DNA from: Auanema rhodensis
Lineage: Eukaryota > Animalia > Nematoda
DNA: 64,000 bases
Direction of reading: 5' to 3'
Assembly (NCBI GenBank): GCA_964057225.1
Contig: OZ059898.1
Coordinates: 15,066,001 to 15,130,000, forward strand
Below are positions 45,199-58,546 of this stretch, in pieces; within the stretch, counting starts at the first letter, position 1, and the number at the start of each line of letters is the position of its first letter. The notes beneath the pieces are model-generated. The model searched no databases, was not told where the DNA came from, and saw only the letters and a program-made list of their open reading frames with translations. The position numbers and the translations under genes were made by a program.

Positions 45199-47173
45199 GA
45201 TAGAGCGAGAAAAGAGAAACCAATGAATTGAGTGAAAAGAGCTAAGGATTGTTGGAGGTGAAAAAGAAAGAATGAAAGAATATAGAGCACACTGAGGAAA
45301 TAGAATAGAGAAACAGAAAATCAAAAACTATTTTAAAATGAGGAAGACTTGGGGAAATAGACGAAATGTATGCACTAGATTAATTTTTGCAAATCTTTCA
45401 AGGAGACAGGTAAGAAATTGAAAAGTCATCAATAGCCTCGAGCTATCTTTTAATCGTCGAGATGAAAGCTTAACTTTAACAGAGCAGATACCACAATCTA
45501 ACAGATTTCAGTGCCATACTCTGATTTTTCTGCCAAAATATAGATAAGCCGGAGAGATGTGAAGCTCTTTCTAATAGAATAATCTGATGTATATTGTAGA
45601 GGTGTGAGCAGAGAAATTGACCTTAATCATATGTCACGAGTTCTAGTCAGCTATCAGCTTGATTTGAGCTTGGAAAATGTTTGTTATTGTTGCCATAGAA
45701 ATGAAAACTGATGTGAGATGAGACGAGGATCGACTTCAAATCGAAAATGACTAGTAACCGAACGAAAGTTAGAGAACACAAGATACGATGATCAAACGTG
45801 TTGGTGGTAGTGGCAAGCCCAGAGAACAATGAATGAAAGAGGGAGAGGATTAGAAGAAAGCAAACGGTGGAATGAATGAAGATACTACTTCTTGCAATCG
45901 AGCCTGTGTGTTGTTGTCTCGCTGGGCTTTAGGTAATATGCAGCCTTGCCCGGTAATTGGACAAGCCGCGACAGTCGAGTAGTAGTGTGATCTCATTGTG
46001 TCGATGTGGGTGTATGTATTTCTGCGCATATATTGAAGCTGTTTTTCGCCTATTTTTGAGAGTAAAAACCAGCAATTGGAGTCAGATCAGCTGAAAGAGT
46101 ATGCTCTTTATTCTATTATATAAGACTGCAAAAAACAACTAACGTATAGAAATAGTATCAGACAAAACAATAATATCCCCTCCCAGGACGGTATGTGAAG
46201 TGTAAATCATAGACAAACAGATATAAAACTTTTTTTTAGATTTGTAAAACCTCTTTGCAACTCGCAAAAGCTAAGAAACATGAACATGCTCTGGAAATGT
46301 GTACGTGTATCTTCCGTTGCTTATCAACATCTAGCTCTCTCTCTCTCTCCCTTGCTCTATCCCTCTCTCTTTCTCTCTCTCTCTCTCTGTCTCTATCTTT
46401 CTCTCCTTTCTTCTCTTTCCTAAACACATATCTTTATTAAACATCTTTGGCTTTGATATCTAGATATCCATTCTGCTGTCATTCATCTAATGGAAGTGCT
46501 ATCTGAAATTACTGGAAACGAATATACCGCATTAATCTTTCTTATACATTTTGCCATCAACGTCTATATAAAGATAGCGACGTATCAAACAAGCTAATGA
46601 CAATCTAATGAGTAGAATCCAAAAAAATAGCAACAGAATGAGTTCAGAGGACAATCTGAAACATGTAGATTCAAAACTGGAGGTCGTGGGAGGAGGGGGA
46701 GAAGAAGAGGAGACACATAACACGGAAACTAAATGCTAAAATAAGATGCATGAAACATACAACACTATCAAAAATGAAAGCTATACTGACAACGGCAACT
46801 GCAGCACAAAAAGGGGTGACGGAAAAGAATCAGAGATTGCGAATAGGGTTACATAGCATTCACTAAGTTAAGATTAATGAGATTATTAGTTCTTCCACTT
46901 CACTCATTTCTTCAGCTTCCTTATGCAGTGTATATGTCACCCTCTCAACCATGCATAATCAATTATGACAAAGAACTGTTTGAAAAGCTTTTTTTTCGTT
47001 GTATCCCGATGTATGCTTAGATATCTTGAATCATTACCGCCTTTCGGGAAATATATATATACATATAGCTATACATAGAGACGGCAGAAGAAGCATTGAA
47101 CTAGAGGAAGTAAATGTTCGTGATGTATTCATGCAACATTAGTATTTATGTATGAACTTATCAGCTGACAATA

Positions 47174-47228
<55 letters not shown>
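41626..47228. repeat. Cluster of (GA/TC)n microsatellites in the sma-9 upstream interval
   Basis: Tracts near 41626, 41942, 42805, 43690, 44042, 45097-45194, 46336 and 47177. Confidence 0.95.
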
Positions 47229-47232
<4 letters not shown>

Positions 47233-48308
47233 CTCCTTTTCGTCTCTGTATATATGACTTCCGATCTAACTTTTCTGACTGATAGATCTCCGTTTCTAGC
47301 CTTCAAAGTCATGACAACAGTATGACAGTGAAAGACACATACACACCATATATACACTTCATATTAGTATTTACTTTTCCTTTCATGCTGATCGCTGATT
47401 TACGTTAAAGCAATAAGTTTGGAACAATTCTTAAACAAGATCTGCATCTTACTTGCACAACCCAAGTTACATATAACTGTTTTTTACAGACAAAAGCAAT
47501 TTCTTGATTGATGTCCCAAATGTACTTTGTTGTTCCTGTAAAAAAGTTCCACCAAATCGACATCATGAGATATTTGTTGTTTTTGGGGTCGTCTGCACCT
47601 AATGCGAAGAACATTTTAGAAATAACGACACATTAGCTGCAACCGTATATGATTTTTGATTATTTGGCAGCTGAGCCAAGAGCCAGAGTGAATGAATGAG
47701 TGGCAAAACTTTGCTCCTTCCAAGCAATATCTCAATGGAATCTGTTTCTCTGACCATTTTATGTCTGTTTACTCTCTTTCACATTCATTTAATTCTTCCT
47801 TCTCTAGTCTTGTCCACATTTCACACAATCTTTCTTCGCATAGTTTTTTCCCTTTCGATGTTTGGTCACATTGCTAACAACGCTGGAGAAAGAAAGAAGA
47901 GGGGATGGACTTTAACTGGCTGGCTCCTTGCCCGCCCCATGACGAGAGCGAACACGTCCTTGACGGGACCTTGTCGCCATCACTCGGCCAGCTGCATCAT
48001 CAATTGGATAAAACTAGCAGAAGAAAGCAAGCTGCAAGACTAAAATAGAATCAACACATATGGTTGGGGTATGTGAGTCAATGCGTAATACATTTAGATC
48101 AAAGATCTTAATATATTTCACTTTGAGATGATCAGTATGAAGATAATCCAAATGTTATGTCCATTAGCTTTTTGATGAGAAGCTTGAACTACATAAATAC
48201 TTTTGCACCTGTTGAGCAGTTATTTGGCCAGTTGCTTTGATGGGACATCAAACTGACGACAGTCTATGATATCGGCATCTTTTAATCTATCTTTAGATGG
48301 GGTGCATT

Positions 48309-48357
48309 GGCGCCTTAATGTCCCGACAACATATGCCTGTCTATCTTGGCGCCAGAC
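48309..48357. promoter_or_regulatory. Candidate BMP-Smad response module
   Basis: GGCGCC-TTAAT-GTCC (48309-48323) and GTCT-ATCTT-GGCGCC-AGAC (48339-48357) within 50 bp. Confidence 0.35.
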
Positions 48358-51300
48358 ACATACACGATAGCACATTTGCTTTTTTCATATTTCTGATCGC
48401 TTTTTCACTCACATCAAGAACAAATGTGGACCGACGTGGGCCTCTACATGACTTCCTGCCCTTTTCACTCCCTCACGGCCATTCTTTTAGTTCTCCTCTC
48501 ACTCTAGCATGAACTCAATCGGGAACTTTTCCATAATTTATGCGTAAGCTTGTATACCGCAGAGAGGTGAGCTATATATATGCAACTAGTAGTTTTCTCG
48601 TTGTCATTAGTTGCTCTCACACAGCATACGATGAGAAAAGTAGTAATGGGCAATAGCAAAAGCGGACACCAAGCACAAAAGCCAAGTAAAAAAGAAAAAT
48701 CCGGAGGATAAGAAGGTGCGATTGAGTTGAACGATTCCGTTGTTTACTAAACAAAAGACGTTTGATTTCTCCAGAGCTAAACATTGACAGTAGCATCCCA
48801 TTTTCATGCTCAAATGTCAGCAAAAATATATTCAAAATGGCATTTTCGTATACATTCTTTCGATTCTCACATTCCAATTTCAAAATATATGGATAAGAAT
48901 TGAAGAAAAAATATAATAATCACACAAGAATAATGATTGGATTACTAATTAACTATTGCTAAGAAAGAAAGAACTTACGAAAGTTGCCGAAGATAATTGT
49001 TGGATTAAAATTGCCACGGTAATCTAACTAAATGTATTCTTTCAAAACAATTGAATGAATTGAACATTGTGGCAAATCTAACATTCAAAAGACTAAAATC
49101 TCACACATTTTCAAAAAGCTAAACTTTATTTCAAAGAAAACGATTCATTAATTGCGAATGAAAATTCAGAGCACAACAAATGCAACCGATCATCAGTGTT
49201 TTCGACATTTGTAAGAAAAAATATTTCGCACGTATCTTCACGTAAACCAATAACCGGTTTTATTCTAATTTGGCAAACTTTTATAACGCTGAAGTTTGAA
49301 TTTTTCCTTTTTTAACTATTTTAAGATAGATTATCATCGAAATACTTTTTTTTTGCAATAAAAAGAAATACATAACGTCGAAAGATTTGCCGACAAATAT
49401 AAATATGTTTTTAGATGCATACAGTCCTTTACAATTGGAATTAAATACCTTTAAAATAGCCTAAAAGATTCAAACTCCAACTTCATTCGTTGTTAAACAT
49501 TCTATGCGAGTGTTCAGTTTCATTCGTTAACAATAGTATATGCATGAACAAGTTAAAATATTATTTAAATTAATAACTAATTCAAAAATTAGTCTTAGAA
49601 AGATTTCATGCGTTTAAAAAAAAAATTATGATAAAGATCACTTTGTCTGATAAACTAACAACACGGTGAAGCAAAAACAATAGTATAGAGAAGATAAATG
49701 AAATGTATGGGCTTTAGATTATGAAGAACGAGCCATGCATAAGGTGAGCAAATTCTCTTTTTGAGAACAAATTCATTTCAATATATACATTTTATTGCTT
49801 TATTTAAAAAAAAGAAATAATTTTAATGTAGAACTTTCATTTGCATTTATAAGCACAAGAATGTGAGTTTATCGCTCACTCTTAGAGCATTTCCTGGTCA
49901 ACGATCAGTGACTTCTGACCAGTCATTAAGCTTCTAGTCATGCTTTAGTTCTTCTATCGACATTGACATTCATAGCACTCATATATGGAAAGTTGTCATT
50001 TCCTCTTTAAGAAACCTCCCTCATCTTCATATAATGCTTTCTGGGAACTGCTTGAATATCAGGCAGATAAGAAGCTAAATACCCATGGATTCGCAAGAAC
50101 AAGAAGAACTTAATCTCGATAGAAGATATCGGAAGACAAATTGAGAGTGAAAGAGAGAGAGCGATTCGTGAAGCTTATTTCATATATGTGAATTAGGATT
50201 TCATGAACGATTTGAATACTCAACCGTATTACGTTTTTCGGATTATCGTTTTGAAAAATTGAAATAAGCGTAAACTTACTGAGCAACATAAAGATGAAAT
50301 GGAAATCTAATAACAAATAGTTGCTGGTGAATATAGATAGAAAGAGAAAAATAATGTTGTATTAACATGCATATGTTTATTCAAGATTATAGAAAGAATA
50401 TGACCAAGTTTAAGCAAAAATATAAAAGTTAAAAGATATTTTGTATTTTTGACATAAAGTACGAGTTGAAAGTAATTACTAAGAAGCCACAATACTGTCA
50501 ACTTGTCTCAATAAAGAGAGTTAGAGTAACAGCATACAAAGTATTGAACAAAGATAAAAGATAATAATAGATTATTACAGATAGTTAAATAGATACGTAG
50601 ACCTGCGTTTTCTCTGTGTTCTCCAACAGATTGATACAGAAAAATTATTATTTCAAGTTACAAGAGTATGATAAGGGGGGTGGGGGAGAGTATTGAATGC
50701 AACCATTTGAAATTCAAAAAAACAAACAATGAAAGCTCAGAAAAGGCGTGAAGACGCTATTACTATAGAAAGGCTAAGAAGGGTTTGCTTTGGCTTACCA
50801 AAATAAAAGCACAATTAAACGACCAAATTAAAGAAAAAAGCACAAGAATCATTAATACGACAGTAATTTTGTAGGCAGTTTTATAGAGAAAACCACTTGT
50901 TTCTTATATACTAACCTGAATATCTTAGAAAAATAGAGATTAAACTATAATTATTGAAAAAGAAATATTGATAACCTTTATAATTCTCAATTTCTATTAT
51001 AAATAATTAATAGTTTAATCATTACTAAGCTGTAAATTAATGTTTATTTCATGTAGCACATGCAACAAACTTGAGAAAAAGCATTCTCAATCACGATTTT
51101 TTCCTTTTTATTATAAAATTTGATTTCTTTTTTTAGATTTTCATTAAAATTAAATGTTAATATTTGATACCTCAAATAACTTATTGAAAACAAAATAGAA
51201 CTGGTTAGCCAATCGTATTAATGAAATATTCAAAAAACAGCTTACCAAACTATTCTAGAAAGTTGAATCAAAAATCAAACTTCTCTTCCTTTTCACAAAT

Positions 51301-52215
51301 ATTACGTCTATGCATTATTCAAGAATCATCTAAATTTGCTCCAGATCATTGGCAAAGCTCTATTATGTTTATAAATTTTACGATTTATCCAAAAAACCTA
51401 AGCAAATTTTATATTTTAGCTTGGCTTATCCACATAGTAATTGCTGATACAAATCGTGATCATTGTCCATTATACTAATACGTAACAACTATTGTTGATT
51501 TTTCATGAATATCTTCTTTTAAAAACTATATATCAATTTGAAAAAATATTTTTTTTAACCAAAATATTCACTGAAAACGAGCAGATAATGCGATTGATCC
51601 CAGACAAATTAACTATTCGGCTGATTTTTACGTCAACATTTCATGAGCCACTCATACTCATCAATTTATCTGCTGATTCTATTTAATATTCCTTTTTTTT
51701 TAGTTTTTTTTCAACAAAAAAAATAATAATGAAAAAACTGCATAAATAAACGATTGAGATAGTATTAATATGTTTTTGTTTGTCGCTAGTCTCTCTAGTA
51801 TAGTACCCAATCAACTACATCAACTACATCAATATTTCTCTGATGTTCTGCAATATAACCTAACCAGATACTCAAAATGAACTTCTTCAAAAATGGCACT
51901 GATATTTTATATCACAACATTAATATGAGAAAATTATCATAAAAAGTATCACAAGGATAATGAAGCACGCATTTAAAAATAGGATACAAAAGGTCAATAT
52001 AATATGACTAAGCTATGCAATTGTTAGTTACCCCGTGTGATCGACTTATACCATAAATACTGCACAGAACGAGAGTGCTAACAAGAAGTTCAACAACTCT
52101 GTCTATTAATGGTAAAAACAGTGACAAGTTTGAATGTGAATAAAAGAGCATTGTGCGAACGTAGTTATGACTTCAGAGCATGGAAGTATTTTAAAATTCA
52201 AGTGTGAAATAATGC

Positions 52216-54117
52216 TTAATCTTCTTCCATGACGCTTCCGAACCAATCGCCGACAGCGGTATTATCGGCTCGACTTTTAACAATAAAAGGTTGTTGCTGA
52301 AAAAATAAAAATTATAGTTTTCTTGAAATATATGAAAAACTACCAATAATTCCTTGTATTTTGGTCTCTGTTTGACATCTTTGGTTAAACAGAGATTGAC
52401 AAAACTACAGAAATCCGGTGAAAAGTCAGAACTAAGTGAGGGAGGTTCTGAATCGATGATCTTGGTGAGCATTTCGAATTCATTACCAGTATATGGGTAT
52501 CTGAAAAATCAGATATCAGTATCAAAATGTAAGCATAAGCTTACGATCCAGTAGCTAACTCAACTAAAGTTATTCCGAGTGACCAAACATCTGAGCGGAT
52601 GTCGTAATCCGGACTGCCCTAAAAAAGAAACAATAAGTGATTTTAAGTATTATAAGTTGGATACGTTGGATAAGCGCTCGGGGGCCATATAAGGAGGACA
52701 TCCTTTTCTGGAGTATGCTCGAGATTCGACAAGCTGCCCACTAAAAATTTATATAAAACTAAAGAACTTAATGAAAGACTAAACCTAATTCCAAAATCAC
52801 AAAGTTTAATTATACCATTCCAATCAATAAGTATATTAGAAGGCTTCACATCACGATGAATTACATTCTAAAATATGTTTTAAATAATATAAGAAATTCA
52901 ATTTTTAGAAATATTACATGTTTATCTTTAAGATAATCTAGGGCGCTCAGAATGCTCACGGCCATCTTTCCAATAACTTTTTCAGGAATTCCTCTCTTTA
53001 TTTTCTTAAGTAAACGATCCAAACATGTTGCCATGAGCTCCATACATACATATACTTGGTGCTGAAATGAGGTTAAAGGAATAAGAAAGTAGCAAGTTGT
53101 AGAATCATACCTCATGAATGAAATATCCGTAACATAGTACTATATTTGGGCAGTCTCCAGTTTTCGTTACAACATCTAAATCCATAATAATTCTCCTATT
53201 CTCTTCGGGATTATTAGTTCGGACCATATGCTTTAAAAAAATCTGTCATAAGTATTCTCTAACTAGAACAAGCTCACCTTAACAGCCATTAATACATCGC
53301 CTAACTTATACTTAGAGACTTGCCCACAACTACCATTACCCAATTCTGATACAAAAACAAGTTCATTAAAATTTAGTACGCGAGTATGGCCTGAAATCAA
53401 ATAACTGAGAAGCATTTTCATTTTAAAAATTCAAACCTTTGATTGTTAGTATTCCAGAGTTCCCTTTTACAGCTTGATAGCGTTGCTCAATTTCCTGAAT
53501 CTCCTCATTGCGGGGATCTTGCAAATTCCGAAAATCCACTAAATAAAGATATCAAAATTAATAAAAGAATTATATTTGTAAAAAAAATTATAGTAATCTT
53601 ACATCCTAGCTCTCTTCGCTGCATTGGACTAGTTCGGCAACCGATAGGTATATTATTAATCGGTAACCGATGAGCTGGACTTGACTGTACAGAAGTCGAG
53701 TTCGCTAGAAACAAATTAGTAACAATACAGAAAAAATATTAAATATGATTACGGTTATTTTTTCTAGGATCTTGAGAAGCGCTCCGTCGAGGTGCAACGG
53801 TAGGTTCACTAAATCCAAACCTTAGCTGACGCCACTTGCGAATACGACTCTCAAATTCTGAAAACAAAACAAAATTATCAATGTAAAATTAAAATAACTA
53901 GAAAGAATAGAAATATTTCAATAAACATATATTCAATCAAACCCCTAGGACTTCAGCAGCACCCACCTACCCCCCCCCCTATCCCCTCCTTCTCAGGGCT
54001 CGTTGTCAAGCATAAAAAATCGAAATACGCAGCAAGCCTCGTTAACATACATCACAGTGATTATCACTCGAAAGAAAGCTAACCTCGAATTTTATTTTGA
54101 ATAGTAGCATTGTCCAT
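52216..54117 (-). CDS. mek-1: MAP kinase kinase, MKK7 (JNK-activating) ortholog
   Basis: [11 protein letters not shown]|[10 protein letters not shown] (MKK7-like N-terminal coil); [13 protein letters not shown]; MAVK|[31 protein letters not shown]; [17 protein letters not shown]; [50 protein letters not shown]; [20 protein letters not shown]; RPKYKELL|QQPFI...WFGSVMEED*. Confidence 0.9.
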
Positions 54118-54790
54118 GAACATATAAGATTGGAAGAGCAGGCTCAGTGGTCCAGCTCTTGCTGCCTTCGCCTATTGCCTTCCTTCATATCGATCGTGTC
54201 CCCCCCCCCACTATTCCCAGCATCCCATTTACATGAAACGCTTCCTACTAAGAGCAGAGACAGAGAAACGGATGACAGCTGAAGAAAGTGAGCATGACCT
54301 CCCAGTTCTAGATTTAGATTATTCATATTCCATTTGCAACATGATTGATTTCGTACAATTTGAAGCAATTTGTTCTATATCCGTGCTACTCTCGCAAGCT
54401 ATTGGAAAGGGATGGATAGTGAAATAGTAGCTGTTGCATTTCAATAAATGCCTGCTTGTCTCGTATATATTCATAATTTGAGCTACTTTTAAGCAGAAAA
54501 GAACGTATAAAACTGAAAATGCAATGAACAAACGCAAAAAGGTCAAAGTACTTAGAGAAACCCATACGTGCCAAAATTAAGAACAAGATTTCGAACGATC
54601 TACTGGCGTGATGGTGTTTTTGTGAAAAACAAAAAGATGAGAAGGTAAGGTAAACAAGAAACATATTTTTTGCTAATCAATAGGTAAAAATGGCAAAAAA
54701 ACCACATCACAACAGAAAAAAACACATTATTTTTCATTTATTTAACATAAAATCTATATTCATTCCATGAGATTTGTTAAAAAATATTTT

Positions 54791-55257
54791 CTATTTGTTT
54801 CCTGATTCTAGAAGATCTTTGGCTTCGTTTATCTTGGCAGCTAAGTAAGGAGATCCACCTAAAATTTGAAGTAAAAGTAAGTAAAAACAGATTGAAAATT
54901 TACCTCTATCAGGGTGATTAATAATCATAATTTTTTTGTGAGCATCTTTGATTTTATTTGGCTTTGCTGTTGCTGGAACTCCCAAAATCATAGCAGCTTC
55001 ACTTCTAGACATTTTTTGTTCAAATCCTCCTCTATGAAATTTTTCAAACTGAATGTTAATATATGAATTTAACTAGTTTCATGATGAGATACCGCTCCAC
55101 CGGGAACAGCTTCTAAAGCTTTCTTTAGTGCAGCTTGATTTCTCATAGCATATCGGGCTCCAAAACCAATGGCTGCCATTCCCAAACCGGCCATAACAAG
55201 TCCTCCCGTCTAAAATCCGAAAGAATGATAGAAGAAGAAAAAAGAACACCTAACCAT
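54791..55257 (-). CDS. dnj-21: Mitochondrial import motor J-protein PAM18/TIM14 (DNAJC19)
   Basis: M|[39 protein letters not shown]|[48 protein letters not shown]|[22 protein letters not shown]; HPD motif present. Confidence 0.95.
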
Positions 55258-55759
55258 TTTGAATGAATTATAAGCTTGGCAGCAGCGACAGGATCTAAGG
55301 CTTGTTTACCAACAACTCTATGAACTAAGTCTAAAATATATGATGCAATCGAAAAGAAAAATTTAATAGATTTAAACAAATTATTTAAACAAGAAATTCA
55401 TCAAATAACTGAAATTTTAATGAGTATCAAGCATGATTAAGCAATGTTCTTAAAGCGAAAATGTAGTTGTGCTACAACTGATATTATTGATTAGTTATAG
55501 ATTATTTTAATTTAGAATGATTTGAACATTAAATTTATAGATAATTCAGAAATAAAAGTAAAATATGGCTAAGAGGCTCAAACATTGTCCCCGATCACTG
55601 TACGTTACAAAAATACGTGATCGTCTTTTCGAAAACGTCCATTTTTTTTATGTATTTGTTAGCTTTAAATTTTTTTAACTTAATATGTCTTACATTTTGC
55701 ACTTTCTATGATGTAATACGAAAACAGCCAAGCTATTTTTGTTACAGCTATTTCACAAT

Positions 55760-57548
55760 ATGGGAAAACATGAAAAAGGCTCATCAAAAGATTTGTCGAA
55801 CCGTTCTAAGTCCCGCGGACTTCAAAAATTAAGATGGTAAGAGCTCAAGATATAACTTAAGCCATCGGCTTTTTAAGGTATTGTGAAATGTGTAAGAAGC
55901 AATGTAGAGATGCCAATGGATATAAATGTCACTTGACTTCAGAATCTCATCAGCGTCAACTATTATTGGTAGCCGAAGACACAGATGCCTATATTAGGCA
56001 ATTCAGTAGGGAATTTGAAGAACGATTCATTTTTGTAAGTTTTCTATTTTTATGATTCCAATCTCAACCTTATAGGTACTCAAAAATTCCTATGGTTGTC
56101 GTAGAGTTCGTGCCAACGAAGTTTATCAAGACTATATTAAGGATAAGGTAAAATATAATTTATAAAATGTTGTTAAAGCGAGTGCTTTAGGACCACACTC
56201 ACATGAATGCTACCCGCTGGCATTCGTTGACAGGGTTTATTCACTATTTAGCAGAGACTGGAAAAGTTAAAATTGACAAAGATGAAGAGAAAGGTAATGC
56301 TCTAGTATCCTTCTTTAAACTTAGCTTTGTCCCAGGTGTTTGGTATGTTCAATACATTGATCAGGAAGCTGTTGTTCGCAAACAGGAAGAAGAACGAAAA
56401 GTGAAGGCTGAAAAAAGTGACGAAGATCGCCAATTACAAATGATTAATGAAAGAGTACAGAGGTAAAAATCTAAAGAGCAACCTTAGGAAACTTGATTCC
56501 ATTTCAGAGCTCTTGATCAACAGCCTGATATAGATACCTACCAACCTACAGAACTCATTCGCAATGACGAAGAGAAAATATCGTTGAATATTAATTTTAA
56601 TAAGAAACCCAACTTAGAAGTAAGTTATAGCATAATATGCTATGAAATACTTTATATTTTAGGATTTGAATAAGCCTTCTTTATCATCAATAAATGTTTT
56701 TGGAAAGAAAGCTGATGTGAAGAAAGAAGAGCCAGGTTCCGGTGATGAAAGTGCTCATAAGTGAGTAAACTTTTTAAAAACGCACGTATTTTTCTTATTA
56801 TAGAGATAGAAAACACTCCTCTGATAAGGATCGACATAGAGAACGCGAAGACGAAAAATCGTTAAAAAGAGAACGGAGCAGAAGTCCATATGATAGACAT
56901 GAGCGAAAAGGTATATTGATATTCTGTTTTTAAATTTTGAATGTATTTGAAAAAGCCCTTTTTAGATGATAAAAAGAAGTTTGGTAAAGGGACCAAACGA
57001 TCAGCATTAGATGATATCAGAGCAATGAATGAAAGGATTAAAGAAAGGAATAATAGGAAAGATCATTGGCTTCACGAAGGAATTGTTGTAAAGGTATTTT
57101 GCATGTGCTTATTTGATTTTTATCTTTTGTTATCCTTTAGATTATTACTAAGAAACTTGGTGACGATTTCTATAAAGCTAAAGGAGTTGTTAAAAGTCTT
57201 GCTGATCAATATACCGGAAACATTAAGCTTTCTGATGGTAATGTTTGAAAAATCAAAATCATATGTGAACGTTTTGTTTTGAAGGCGTTGTAGTCAAACT
57301 AGATCAAACTCATGTAGAAACTGTTATACCCCAGGTCGGTAGGAGTATGTTGATTGTTAATGGAGCTTACAGGGGCCAAAAGGCGGTATGGACACTTGAT
57401 ATTACTATGTGTATTATATTATTCTGTTTTTCAGACATTGGAAGCAATAGATGAGAAAAAATTTTCTTTGAATCTCAGGATAAACTCTGGTGTTTTGAAC
57501 GGACGAGAACTAACTGTTCCTTACGAGGATGCTTCCAAACTTGCTTAA
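55760..57548 (+). CDS. dxbp-1: KIN17 DNA/RNA-binding protein
   Basis: MGKHEKGSSKDLSNRSKSRGLQKLRW|YCEMCKKQCRDANGYKCHLTSESHQRQLLL (KIN17 zinc finger); HMNATRWHSLTGFIHYL (winged helix); DHWLHEGIVVK...KLDQTHVETVIPQVGRSMLIVNGAYRG...VPYEDASKLA* (SH3-like repeats). Confidence 0.95.
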
Positions 57549-57665
57549 TATTATATTTTGTACATAAATATTTTCAATTACTACTAGCTTTTTACGTTTA
57601 TAATTGGTTTATCCGTTACTTACCTCTAATTCGTGTTTAAAGTGGATCTAATCTTGCTTAACTAG
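57549..57665 (+). promoter_or_regulatory. Operon-type intercistronic spacer with 3'-end signal and trans-splice acceptor
   Basis: 117 nt between the dxbp-1 stop and the pinn-4 ATG. CATAAA near 57563, U-rich tracts, and TAACTAG immediately before the ATG. Confidence 0.6.
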
Positions 57666-58126
57666 ATGCCACCTAAAAACCAGAAAGGAGGAGCTAAATC
57701 TGGAGGTGGTAAGGAAGAACCTGCCAAAAAAGAAGCTAAAGGGGGTACTGCTGTTAAAGTTCGTCATATCCTTTGTGAGAAACAGGTTCGATATAAACTT
57801 ATCTTTTTTTAATATCGACAAACTAGGGTAAAGCCTTGGAAGCTATGGAAAAGTTGAAAGCTGGAATGAAGTTTAACGAGGTTGCTGCTCAATACAGTGA
57901 AGACAAAGCTCGTTCTGGAGTAAATCTTTATTCATCTATCACTGACATAATAATCAATTGTATCTAGGGAGATCTTGGTTGGATGATAAGAGGCTCAATG
58001 GTTGGCCCATTCCAAGACGCTGCTTTTGATTTGCCAAAAAGCACTGTAGACAAGCCAATCTACACGGACCCTCCGGTAAAGACGAAGTTCGGTTATCATA
58101 TAATCATGGTGGAAGGAAAGAAATAG
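57666..58126 (+). CDS. pinn-4: Parvulin-type peptidyl-prolyl isomerase PIN4/Par14
   Basis: [40 protein letters not shown]|[31 protein letters not shown]|[52 protein letters not shown]. Confidence 0.96.
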
Positions 58127-58546
58127 CCCGTTAATTATGATTATTACGACTTAATCTAACTACTCCGACATAAATATTTTTTCCGTATTTAGTTGTGTAA
58201 TAGCGTATCGAAATGCACCATCTATGATATAATCCATATATTTGGAGAACATAGGCAAAACATGTACGGATTGAGTCACTTTGTCTTGGACAAGATGGTT
58301 AAAATGATAGAAACTAAATGAGCTAACAAAGAAACACCGTACAAAGAAGAGTAATCTTCATGAAAGATTATTCTGAGGTGGATACAAGATTGAGGTATGT
58401 ATCAAGAACATGATATACACTCTATATCTAACGATTATCTATAGCTTTAAATTTAATTATATATATTATATATAAATATGTATAAGGACTTTAAATAAAT
58501 ACTACCGTGGGGCAAGCAGTTGGCCACATCAACGGTTATACAAAAC

